Part shown: positions 33,701-40,000 of the stretch, piece by piece | How the letters are laid out: each line of letters opens with the position of its first letter | Position numbering within the stretch: position 1 is the stretch's first letter | Source: Nannocystaceae bacterium | Lineage (GTDB): Bacteria > Myxococcota_A > Polyangia > Nannocystales > Nannocystaceae | Reading direction: 5' to 3' | Assembly (NCBI GenBank): GCA_036479215.1 | Contig: JAZGFE010000196.1 | Location: forward strand, 49,538-89,537 | DNA: 40,000 nucleotides | Notes under the pieces: generated by a model | Database searches by the model: none | Told to the model about the DNA's origin: nothing | What the model saw: only the letters and a program-made list of their open reading frames with translations | Position numbers and translations under genes: made by a program

Positions 33701-36437
33701 CCCGATCTCGCGCGACACGTTCCGCCAGGTCGGCTAGGCGCATCATTAACGTGAGTCGCTCAGCGGGGTCGTCCGTGTGTCGCAGTTTGATCCCCAGCGG
33801 AACGGCGAGCTGCCGTTCGTCCTTGGCGGCCTCGTAGCGGGCGATAAGTGCCTCGGCAATCACAAGGTTGTCCTGGTCCGTGGTCAACGCCTTTTCGAGG
33901 GCTCGAATCGCGCGCTCGGGCTTCTCCAGCCGTGCCGTGTACAACTCGGCGATCTTCAGGAACAATTGAGTACGCGCGTCGCCCTCAACGTTGTCGAGCT
34001 CCCGCTCAAGCACGCGTACGAACTCCGCCCACTTGTCTTGTTTGGCGTAGAAGGACTCGAGGCGCTCCATGTCGCCCTGCGCCAGGTAGAGCTTCTTTAG
34101 CGCGTCTTTTGCGCGCCGGCTGTTGGGGTCCACATCGTGCAGCGTCTCCCACGTTCGAATCGCCAGCTCCTGGTCGCCCAACTTGTCGGAATAGATGAGG
34201 CCGAGTTTGACGAGGTACTGGGCCTTCTTGGGCTCATCGTCCAGCACCTCGACTAGGGTGGACAAAGTGCTCGCCAGCGCGTCCCAGTCTTTGGCGCGCT
34301 CTTGGGTATGCTCCAGATGCTCCAGAGCCTCAAGATTCGACGGATCGTGATCTAGCACTTCCGACCAGAGTTTGATCGACAAGGCCGGTTTCTTGATCTT
34401 TGTGCCCGCCACCCGGGCGATCTCGAGCAGGCGCTCGTGGCGTTCGGTCGGGTCGTCGACGAGCGCGAGTTCTCGCCGCTGCACGTCGATCATCTTCTCC
34501 CAGTCGCGCCGTCGCCCGTACAGCTCCTTAAGCTTCGTCACGGCTTCTGCATTGTACTCGTCGACCTCCAGCACTGCCTCGTAGCTCTTGATCGCACCGG
34601 CCTGGTTATTGAATTTCTCGAGCAACCGGTTGCCGGCTTCGAGATTGAGCGCAGTTTTCTGCTCGGGATCGTCGGTCAACTCCGCTCGCCGACGAATCCG
34701 AGCGATGTAGTCTGGCCAGCGCTTCATTTGCTCGAATTGCTTCTGCTGAGCAGCGAGCACCTCCAGCAGTTTCTCTGTATCCCCGCGACTCTCGGTCAAT
34801 TTCTCCAGTTGGGCCAAGGCTGTGATCACAAGGCCTGGTTGACGCAGATTCTCGCTATATATCCCGAGCAGTTCCCAGTACAACGGCTCTTGCTCGTCAG
34901 CCGTATCTGTGTGCTTGATCTGATCTTTGTACAGTTCGGCGAGGTTGCTCCATTTCTTGGCTTCTCGGTAGAGTAGCTTTAGTCGCTCCCGAGGTGCCCG
35001 CTTCTGTGGCATTGCCAAAACGGCCTCGCGCCAAGCATCCATTGCACGCTTCCCGCCTTGTGAGTCGGCAGCCACGGCCTTCTCGACCAGAATCAACTCT
35101 GCATCGCTGAGCGCCTCATCTTGCAGACCAGGCACAGAGGAAAGGTCCACAGGCTCGCTGCTCGTGGCGAGAACTGCCTCCTTCGGCTTTTGGGTCGCCC
35201 TTTTTCCTTTTTTTCGTTTCTTCCCGGGCTTCGACTCGCTTGCGACTTCGGAAGCGCCACGCCCCCCATCGTCGGGGTCGAGAGTGAACGCGCGCACGAC
35301 GGGATGCTCTTTGCCGCGATCCCCCGCCCGCTCGAACAGCCGGGCTGCAGTCTCCTGATCGTGGAGCTGTCTCCAAGCCAACTCCCCGGCCTCGATCGCG
35401 AGGACCGCAATTTCGTCCTGGTCATCCAGGATCGCCAGGCCTCGCTCGGCCAACGGAACGAGGCCGTCGATCTCGCCGGTCTTCTGCGCTTCAACCTTCA
35501 CCGAACGATAGGCGGCCAGATGCCAGGCCGCCTCTGGAGTCTCTCCACCCTCGACATACACAAGCTCCAGCGCCCGGCGGTGGAAATAGGCCGCCATCGA
35601 CGGGTTGTCTAGCCGAATCTGCCAGACGAGCGCGGCTTGGGACAGGAGACGTAGGTGCTCGACCTCGTCGCTAGCACGCTTGGCTCGCCGGTCCTGCAGC
35701 TTCTGGATATGCTGCAACTGGCCGGCGTCAGCGAGCAGAGTCTCTGCCAGAAACCCGGCCTCGTCGTTGCTCGGATCGGCCTCGAGTGTTTTGAACAATA
35801 GCGGGAGGAGGCGCTCATCGCCGCCCGACTCCTGTTGCAGCATACGGGCGCACCTGAAATACTTCGCCGCTAGCTCGCAGTCCTGTGCCTCCAACCTCGC
35901 GCCCAAAATATCGTCGGCGCCTGTTGACGCTTTGATCTCGGTCTCTACCTCCGCGTACGCTTCTTCCCAGGTGGCGCGCTCGTAGTCGATCTCCCGGGCC
36001 CGGGCCGCGTACAGCGCGTTCGCCGGGTCCCCGGCAGTCGCCCGCTCCAGATGCTTCCGCGCCGCATCGACCTGGCACTGATTGAGCAGTGCGCGACCGT
36101 AGGCATAGTTCAGCTCCGGACTGTCGGGATCGTTGCGAACCTCGAGCCCGGCCAGGCGGACGACCATCTCCAGGTGCCCCATCTCCTGGTAGATGGACCG
36201 CGCGCGCGCGAGAGCCAATGCGTTCGTTTGGTCGAGCTTAAACGCCTGTTGGTAGCACTTCATCGCTCGCGCTTTGTCCAGTAGGAGCCTTTCGCAAGCG
36301 CCGGCCAACTCAAACAACGCGGCCGAACGTTCCGTCTTATCGCTGATAGCTCCAACTTCGGACTCGACCTCGTCTACGATCGCCGCCCAATCCTGGCGGG
36401 TTCTCAGGCTCGTCTTGATATGCTGCGTGATGTCCAT
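24735..36437 (-). CDS. Giant (3,900 aa) cytoplasmic TPR-repeat protein, AgmK/GltI-like
   Basis: A single uninterrupted 11.7-kb ORF with an ATG start. No signal peptide or TM helix is seen. There are dozens of TPR-like helical hairpins with the recurring pattern AIxxYxxxLxxDPxxxxALxALxxLYxxxxxWxxL. The AgmK-like call rests on size, composition and the neighbouring AgmX/PglI-type gene. Confidence 0.95.
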   Translation of the reverse strand: MDITQHIKTSLRTRQDWAAIVDEVESEVGAISDKTERSAALFELAGACERLLLDKARAMKCYQQAFKLDQTNALALARARSIYQEMGHLEMVVRLAGLEVRNDPDSPELNYAYGRALLNQCQVDAARKHLERATAGDPANALYAARAREIDYERATWEEAYAEVETEIKASTGADDILGARLEAQDCELAAKYFRCARMLQQESGGDERLLPLLFKTLEADPSNDEAGFLAETLLADAGQLQHIQKLQDRRAKRASDEVEHLRLLSQAALVWQIRLDNPSMAAYFHRRALELVYVEGGETPEAAWHLAAYRSVKVEAQKTGEIDGLVPLAERGLAILDDQDEIAVLAIEAGELAWRQLHDQETAARLFERAGDRGKEHPVVRAFTLDPDDGGRGASEVASESKPGKKRKKGKRATQKPKEAVLATSSEPVDLSSVPGLQDEALSDAELILVEKAVAADSQGGKRAMDAWREAVLAMPQKRAPRERLKLLYREAKKWSNLAELYKDQIKHTDTADEQEPLYWELLGIYSENLRQPGLVITALAQLEKLTESRGDTEKLLEVLAAQQKQFEQMKRWPDYIARIRRRAELTDDPEQKTALNLEAGNRLLEKFNNQAGAIKSYEAVLEVDEYNAEAVTKLKELYGRRRDWEKMIDVQRRELALVDDPTERHERLLEIARVAGTKIKKPALSIKLWSEVLDHDPSNLEALEHLEHTQERAKDWDALASTLSTLVEVLDDEPKKAQYLVKLGLIYSDKLGDQELAIRTWETLHDVDPNSRRAKDALKKLYLAQGDMERLESFYAKQDKWAEFVRVLERELDNVEGDARTQLFLKIAELYTARLEKPERAIRALEKALTTDQDNLVIAEALIARYEAAKDERQLAVPLGIKLRHTDDPAERLTLMMRLADLAERVARDRGQAFGYYKDALAVDHTLAEAAENMRRLLGETQLHNELVTSFEAAYEQYGATTDSLALRLTVAEVYEEHLNELDKALEGHQAILEIAPEQRTSLASLERIYLAQGRELDLLRVLGTKLSLATTAEDRRQTQGRIASLHEQLGNNEEAAEAYVAVLAEGEDEPEVLASLDRVYTNLERWPELAEIVRREYDASGDREPGQRADLLARLASLHEDRLGDDRSAVELWRQVLGLVPGHASARAGLEARLADGDLRTAVAEILLPIYEQTEAWPQLVECLEIQNAAQTSDTARLGILLRIGAILSQATHDHAAAFSAYSRAFAIDPSSAAAREAIEQLAAIEGRWEDFAGLYEAAISEDLPSELMQSLLGQLAAVYDQQLGASDKSIRCYQRALAIDPDNDDALRALQVLYERSERWGELLEIFRRKVALEDDPQARQQLRFQIAYLQEEMLAAVDDAIATYTDIVADEENNSQAISALDRLYQAQERWTELAEILERQLAVAEGPEKQVALNLRLGDLRLSHTQQAPLAVDLYRRVLELEPGNAVAAAALETMLDDSEQQLTVARILEPLYRAQNEWPKLIRAYEIMVARSLDPSEKLQLLSQISELHEIAGEQPEKAFTAIGRAFREDPSNQDVQRRLESLAEQMGAHTELIALYEKCVTDIVDDHMRIQVLGRIAVLFETVVNDPAQAAKAYERILEIDPGTFEAMDALIELHRRTNSYEALVDAVTRKASLVDSADDRKQLLLYAANVRETVMDDPEGAIEHYQQVLAHDDSDSAALDALEKLYIRLEQWECLKDIYTRKTEIVEDPDERCRLLHVLGQVYDVELKNIDRAIDTYETILETDPRQYDAIAALDRLYGNAERWLDQLQVLERALEIAERPEEKTALRFRVAQLWAGNLGDSARAVQGYSAVLAHDPGHKPTIEALDQMVHEDAEPMAAAYVLEPFYRDLAAWPKLIELYEVVIKHSDDPVVRVERLHQIAAICEGQLSAFDDAFGAYARILAIEPRDELAMEHMERLADVTGDWKRFAALLGAHAERDMDPASKLITQRRIAAIERDKLQDIDAAVLRYEAALEADPEDRETIDTLDELYKGLERWTDVVRNLQRKIAGASDPDEATALRFTTAQIYQHNLQDMARAVDVYREILTENPEHGSSLEALELMFTGGERQREIAEILEPLYYSSEAWPQLVKLGEVKLETTEDTDERLSIVQNVAEICERRLGDSGEAYIWWLRAYMDDPLSEHAAEEVERLAALTQEWAYIVKVGNEILQADGGVSPEIRLSVYARSARVLEQRLQDYESAVQMYRSVLEVDPEQGDALEALARLYAATEQWEEVADVLRRHISATLDSENLALLELRLAHVFEDQLGNSEQAIAAYKRALEHDNRNTDALARLEALHLGEGHWEALFDNYQRMVDTAGTDEDMARCYERMAKIASDTLGREGDALDLWARVLDLRGEDPRALGEVAGLHRSAGRWEELAVVLERRLAVLDDTDEKVHVYQQLGEAYSEHLDSERQAIDAWLNALELDTDNIEVLSALKRVYEERQAWVELIDVIQRLIALGHERLGWETMRDLCAQAGLIQGEYLMQPQDAIEAWQRVLAIDEKDMEALQALEQLYLAQAQWPDAIQVLERKSEVLEEDPDSRLDVLMQIASMWDERLESKAEASAAYIQILEIDVNHRPAGDALETIYTDTGEWESLAQLLMTRAEHTEDAAAKVEYLQRTGRIFEEKLDDKDSAFEVLQAAFNIDYSNEDTSRELERLASEADKWNELLAEYNELVEQLEDPEERCELWVKIGRWYGEHLERPDFGIRSLQKALEINAENLNALRELANFYRRAGDAEELATSLKRIVPLEQDPEVHARTLLDLAEVQETGQQNLPAAVESYRAVLEIDNESRLALDALIRLYEQQGQWAALVDVLRQCAAISEDLDEVLLLRKRIGSIQEAALGDPVAAISTYQEIVENEPTEREVLQALERLYLAADDIGQYLSVLDAQLDATVDAEQQISIYEKMTGALTGPVNDPARAAEVLEKIITLDSQRDGTYRQLETLYAELERWAELVETYRSHIEASDDAAVKVELLTALGGVFETHIQDVDRAVEAYQEILDLQPQSFAAANTLSRLQEMTEDWGAAVGTMGRLVELSEDPEAKLELLTRMGRLYLERLGEEVQAEEYLNQALIFDAGHVPALTLLAELYENRSDWLKATRALQTASEAAQNPLRKTQLAAQAGMIYLEQLEERTKATELFAVTMSVDPEHVVVGKILAGMYAEDSRFAEAAPIYEMLVRKSDQLDYDDEQLRDLYLEAARTAERLDDASKAYGYFKRAYDLDSTDYSVLAGMADILFKEEQWDKAFKLYQTILVQHRDSQSVEETVLVYHRLGAIKRRQEQPRKALNYLEKALEVDPSHRPTLEAIIELQTDANDWEGVIEAKRALTEVASPDDRAALLKELGGLYIEKLGNRKKAADAYSEALALEPNDFALLHTMLDLYTTAKDWENAIRMLDHIVDIEADATRRSRYNYTAAVLLRDETGAHDEAIDRFNKVLDDDPSMLKAFQALDRMVTKTRDWKTLERAYRKMLKRLPEKGERELKLALWANLGEVYRSRLRDYKSAAAAFEVALQYEPKNVQRRVILAELYEQLLGEDRAKYSSEAVRQHQLLIAHEPFRTESYHAMFNIFSGAGELDKAFCVAAVLVFLKKADKEEARLFEKYRRPRFVQARQRLSEDVMRKYVFHPQEDPYLTAILGVVAPAVAAYQAQELPPTVRPSDLVDISTDPSAFSRIANYVKDVLGVAKPDVYLRAQDPGDMTLMNTKRDNHVTPSILVFANMLRGMSEAHLAFAMGRYMAELYPPHYSFVALSRSPQNLRQVFMACMRICGIELRATEGGELRDFDMIAREISGRMSSGQQDQLKTLMRKFVDQGGSADVKSWASAMELTCYRVGLLLCGDLAVAAHMIAQEQSQLGSSMTPKDKIKELVLYSISEDFFTARRHMGLHVG

Positions 36438-36902
36438 CTCGCCCCTATCGCCGGTATTGCGGCCGTGCGCGCGGGAATTGCCGCGCTTCGATATATCACG
36501 TCACACTGTCCGGCTCCAACGACGGCGCGTCGTCGGCACTCGTCCGCTGCAAACGACGCAGCGTGGGCCGCATGGCCGTTGGCGGGCGAGGCTGCGTTCT
36601 CGCAGAGGGTGGGGCTTGTGCACAGAGGGGTCGAGGCGTCGAGGCGCCGCGTAGCCAGGCCCGTGTGTCCCTGTGCCGGTCCGTTCATGATACCAGCGCC
36701 GGAACGCTTCTAGCTTCTCGGTCCGACGCGCAACGTCGCGTCGCTGCCGGGCCTCGTCTCCCCGCCGGGCGTGAAGTATGGCGAACGACGCGACATTTCC
36801 CGGTCCCGGGTTGGGCCGACGACGCTACCCAGGCGTCCGCCCCATCCACGTCCGGCTAGCGCCAAGCGACGGCCACCATCCCCGGCGGCCACCTTGTGGC
36901 GG

Positions 36903-36926
36903 CAAAACACGCAGTCGCGCCTGCGT
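36903..36926 (-). terminator. Putative intrinsic terminator after the TPR lipoprotein gene
   Basis: Minus strand: ACGCAG-gcgcga-CTGCGT followed by GUUUUG, 36 nt downstream of the stop at 36962. Both the stem and the U tract are short. Confidence 0.35.
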
Positions 36927-36961
36927 CTGTCGGACCTCGCTGGACGACAGGCGCTACCGTG

Positions 36962-37864
36962 CTAGATCACGTCTTGCATGCGAGCAAGCGTGTTGCGTGC
37001 AGCGCGCTGGGTATCCTCGGGTACTCCGTTCGCCTTCTTGAGGAAGGCCTCCAAATTTTCCACGGCGTCCGTCTTCTGGCGAAGTTCAGCATACGCCATA
37101 CCCAAACCGAACAGCACGTCCGGCATATCTGGATCGATAGCTTTCGCCTTCTTGAACGCATCGATAGCCTTGGGCGCCTGCTTCAGCGACAGGTAAGCCC
37201 TCCCGAGTCCGTTCCACATCGCAGCGTCGGTGTCGTTCACTTTCACGCCCGTATCGAGCACGGCCATCGCCACGTTGGCAAACCCATAGTCTATGTACAT
37301 GTTTCCCAGAGACACGAAGGCAGAGCTGTATTTCGCATTGAGAGAGATGGCGGCCCTGTAGGCGGCATCCGCCCGCTTGGGCTGGTCCAGTTTCTCGTGC
37401 AATACACCCATACGGTACTGGGCTTTGTACAACTTCGGGTTGATCTTCACCGCCTCCTGAAACGAGCCGATAGCGGCTTGGCGCTTCCCGTCCCGCTCGC
37501 TCACGGACGTGCCGGGTTGGTCACCTTGCGCAGCGACCACGATGCCGAGGTCGTAGTGGTACGAGCCGTTGGGGGCCTCCCCCATATTGGCTATGGCAGC
37601 TTGATACGCGCTCGCCGCATCGACCCACTTACCCTGCTTCCGATACAGTTTGCCAAGCGTCGAGTGCGCCAGACCATGGGATGGATCGAGCTGGATGGCC
37701 TCCTTAAGCCCCTGTTCGGCCCCCGATAGGTTCTCCTTCTTCAGTTGTTTGATCCCTTCATTCATGCGGTGGATAGAATCCACGCGGGACTGACTGGTCA
37801 GGTTGCACGCGGTCGCGCACAGCAGGGGTACCGCAAGCGCTACGGCTCCGAAAATTCGTCGCAT
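36962..37864 (-). CDS. Periplasmic TPR-repeat (lipo)protein
   Basis: 300 aa. Signal peptide MRRIFGAVALAVPLLCATAC|N. About seven TPR units, for example AHSTLGKLYRKQGKWVDAASAYQAAI and AFVSLGNMYIDYGFANVAMAVLDTGVKVNP. Confidence 0.85.
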   Translation of the reverse strand: MRRIFGAVALAVPLLCATACNLTSQSRVDSIHRMNEGIKQLKKENLSGAEQGLKEAIQLDPSHGLAHSTLGKLYRKQGKWVDAASAYQAAIANMGEAPNGSYHYDLGIVVAAQGDQPGTSVSERDGKRQAAIGSFQEAVKINPKLYKAQYRMGVLHEKLDQPKRADAAYRAAISLNAKYSSAFVSLGNMYIDYGFANVAMAVLDTGVKVNDTDAAMWNGLGRAYLSLKQAPKAIDAFKKAKAIDPDMPDVLFGLGMAYAELRQKTDAVENLEAFLKKANGVPEDTQRAARNTLARMQDVI

Positions 37865-38265
37865 CAGATCACCTTTCGAGGGACTGCATCATACCTGCGG
37901 GCGACCGCTGGTGACAAGAGCACATTGCTTCGCTCCGCATGGGTTCAAGCGTCATGCAGCCAGTCTTCCGGCCGACAGCGCGCTGGTCGCTACGAAAACG
38001 TCCAGAACCCGTCGTGAGCACGCTACGGCCGGGGCCCTGTCGAATGGCACGCACACCGGGGTCGTAGCTGGCTGCGGTACATCGATCCGGTGCGCTCGCT
38101 CCCCGCAGCAAGTCCGGCGGCCACGCACTAGGCGACGGAAGCAGCCGCTGCACCAGCAGCCTATCACAGGCACACACGCGACGAAGGCGTACGAGCCTCA
38201 CCGGCAACGTACGCCCCAAAGCATCCCCGCCTCTCGCTGAACCATATCCCCCCGTGTCGTTTCGG

Positions 38266-38288
38266 GAGCCGGCCACGGTGGCCGGCTC
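38266..38288 (-). terminator. Strong GC hairpin 20 nt after the AgmX/PglI-like stop (U-tract-less terminator candidate)
   Basis: GAGCCGGCCAC-g-GTGGCCGGCTC: perfect inverted repeat arms of 11 nt. No T tract on either strand. Confidence 0.4.
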
Positions 38289-38307
38289 TGGAGGGGAGGG
38301 CGCGGCG

Positions 38308-40000
38308 CTACGTGCTTAACTTGAACGGGTAGGTAACGATTACGTTGCCGCCGCCCTTCGGCCGCGGGAATTTCCAGCGCCTGACAGCCTTGGCGATACA
38401 ATTCGCCACCGAGCGGTCTTTGAGTGTGGACTCCTGTACAACCGACGTGCCCACCTTACCGGTGCCCGTAATCACGAAGTTGATGGCTACGCGACCGGCG
38501 AGATTCGGGTTCTTGGTGAGGCCCTGATTGTAGCAAGATGTGACCTCGTTGATATGCGCCCGTACGATCCGGCGGATGATGTTCTTATCTAGTGCGCCTT
38601 GTACTTTCGCCTTCGCCTGCCGCACGCGGGGGCGCCGCTTGCCTTTGCCACCGAAGCCGGCTCCTGAGCCGCGCCCGTATCCCGACCCTGTGCCTCCACC
38701 GCCGCCCTTACCGATCAGCCCGGTGTTCCCCAAGCCGATGGTGCCTTCTCCGGTACCGCCACCTCCCCGGCCGGTCCCGACCAGACCCAGGCCGCCGACA
38801 CCATAGGCCTCGCCGATTTCAGTCCCAGTCAGCCCGCCCCACACATCCTCGTCGTCGTTCCCGACCGCGAACGCACCACCGAAGGGCGAAGCGAGGAAGT
38901 GGCCGCTTTGCGCGGACAGCACGCCAAGAATGCCCGCCTGGCGTGCAGTCATGTCGGGGTCAAAGTTGCGGGCCATTTGCGGAATGGCGTCCTTGGGACC
39001 CTTCATCGCGTACAATCCGGCCTTATTCTTGCTGGTCGGCTTTCCCATCTTGCCTTCCTCGCCCTTGTGCCGTTGGCCGGTGCCGCCTGCCTCCTCATCG
39101 TCATCCTGGTCCGTCTCTGGAGGCGGCTCCTCTTCCTTCACCTCATCGGGCTGATTCATGTAGCCGACGAAGCGGTTCTCGCCGAGATCCTCGTCGAAAT
39201 CGAACGCCAGAATGTTCGCCGGGATCATGCGCATGAGGATATACAGCGCCAGCGACACAACGCCTGTTCCACCGCTGTAGGCCCAGAACGGCCAATCCGT
39301 TTCGCCGCGGCCCGCGATGATGGCCCCCGGATTGACGGTGTTAACATGGAAGGTGACATCGCCGTGGCGCACACGACAGTTCACAGCCGGCGGAAGGGGG
39401 AAAGAGAAAGAAGATCCAGCCCCCGCCGCACGTCCCGAACTGACGAGGTCTTGCAGCGAGATCCTTTGTCCATCCAGTGTGACGTCGCCCGTCATCTCGC
39501 GTGTGAAGTTCAGGGTGAAGTCGCCGGCTCCGCCGCCGGAAACCAGTGGATAGGCGACGGAGTCTGGCAGTCCTTGCGGCGGCACGTGGAACACAGCGTC
39601 ATGTCCCTCGCCGATGGTGTAGCTGTCGGTGGCTCGCTCGCGAAGCCGCGTACCGCCGAGCAAAAGTGGAGCAAGCCCAAGCAGAGAAATGGCAAGCCCG
39701 AGGCCGCCCGTTCCCATCCCGGGGACACGGGGCGCGGGCAAGCCCTCCTGCTGAGCCACGAGGGCCTTCTTCTTGTGCGTCGCCCAATCCCGCGTGACCT
39801 CATACCCAAACAGCCCCAGACCCGTAACGAACAGAATGGTACCCGCGCCGATGAGCATCGGCGCGCTGCTCTTGCGAGACTTGACCTGGCCCACGTGGGT
39901 GACGTCGAGCGCGGTTGTGCCGTACATCGCTACGACTTCCGCCACCTGCCCATCGTGGGTCTCCACCCCGCTCAGATCCACGGCCACAGGCGGCGCCGCT
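38308..40000 (-). CDS. Membrane protein with an AgmX/PglI-type (TonB-C-like) C-terminal domain; 5' end probably beyond the window
   Basis: C-terminus: LDKNIIRRIVRAHINEVTSCYNQGLTKNPNLAGRVAINFVITGTGKVGTSVVQESTLKD..VANCIAKAVRRWKFPRPKGGGNVIVTYPFKL. This matches my memory of the myxobacterial AgmX/PglI C-terminal domain. Upstream of it are Gly-rich and acidic low-complexity linkers and three hydrophobic helices. The frame is still open at position 40000; the first in-window start is GTG 39987. Confidence 0.85.
   Translation of the reverse strand, partial: AAPPVAVDLSGVETHDGQVAEVVAMYGTTALDVTHVGQVKSRKSSAPMLIGAGTILFVTGLGLFGYEVTRDWATHKKKALVAQQEGLPAPRVPGMGTGGLGLAISLLGLAPLLLGGTRLRERATDSYTIGEGHDAVFHVPPQGLPDSVAYPLVSGGGAGDFTLNFTREMTGDVTLDGQRISLQDLVSSGRAAGAGSSFSFPLPPAVNCRVRHGDVTFHVNTVNPGAIIAGRGETDWPFWAYSGGTGVVSLALYILMRMIPANILAFDFDEDLGENRFVGYMNQPDEVKEEEPPPETDQDDDEEAGGTGQRHKGEEGKMGKPTSKNKAGLYAMKGPKDAIPQMARNFDPDMTARQAGILGVLSAQSGHFLASPFGGAFAVGNDDEDVWGGLTGTEIGEAYGVGGLGLVGTGRGGGGTGEGTIGLGNTGLIGKGGGGGTGSGYGRGSGAGFGGKGKRRPRVRQAKAKVQGALDKNIIRRIVRAHINEVTSCYNQGLTKNPNLAGRVAINFVITGTGKVGTSVVQESTLKDRSVANCIAKAVRRWKFPRPKGGGNVIVTYPFKLST

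Noticed and set aside
1-40000. Mobile elements, CRISPR arrays, integrases at the two tRNA-Leu genes, and classical defence-system genes.
   Set aside because: I found no direct-repeat/spacer arrays and no transposase, integrase or recombinase motifs. The sequences flanking the tRNA 3' ends are ordinary genes. The only defence-flavoured item is the solo HEPN-like ORF, reported separately.

Overview
High-GC (roughly 60-65% by eye) chromosomal window that looks myxobacterial / delta-proteobacterial. The lineage guess rests on an AgmX/PglI-type C-terminal domain protein, a 3,900-aa TPR protein, an FHA-GAF-cyclase, many lipoproteins and a sigma54-like promoter; it is inference only. I call 24 protein-coding genes and 2 tRNA-Leu genes. 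I see no rRNA, CRISPR array, transposase, integrase or prophage signature.

Gene content, left to right:
- A four-gene minus-strand operon: GMC oxidoreductase, membrane flavodoxin-like protein, small 4-TM protein, and a membrane domain fused to a metallophosphoesterase. The last gene is absent from the supplied ORF track because it has no in-window stop.
- A small lipoprotein, a solo HEPN-like protein and a GST preceded by a 14-bp x4 tandem repeat.
- thrS with an unusual G-rich leader that carries a hairpin plus U9.
- A J-domain protein and two tandem paralogous SAM methyltransferases.
- tRNA-Leu(TAG), a small Roadblock-like protein and an LRR lipoprotein.
- thiD, translationally coupled to a HEAT-cyclophilin lipoprotein.
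- A small conserved protein and tRNA-Leu(CAG).
- A signalling cassette: periplasmic accessory protein, histidine kinase, receiver, and an FHA-GAF-class III cyclase.
- About 15 kb (24.7-40.0 kb) encoding a giant AgmK/GltI-like TPR protein, a TPR lipoprotein and an AgmX/PglI-type protein. This resembles part of the myxobacterial Agl-Glt gliding machinery but is not syntenic with it.

Strongest candidates for something undescribed: the Glt-like trio with its unusual organisation, the architecture of the giant TPR protein, the membrane redox/phosphoesterase operon, and the thrS leader element. All functional calls come from motif recognition by eye; no database search was possible.
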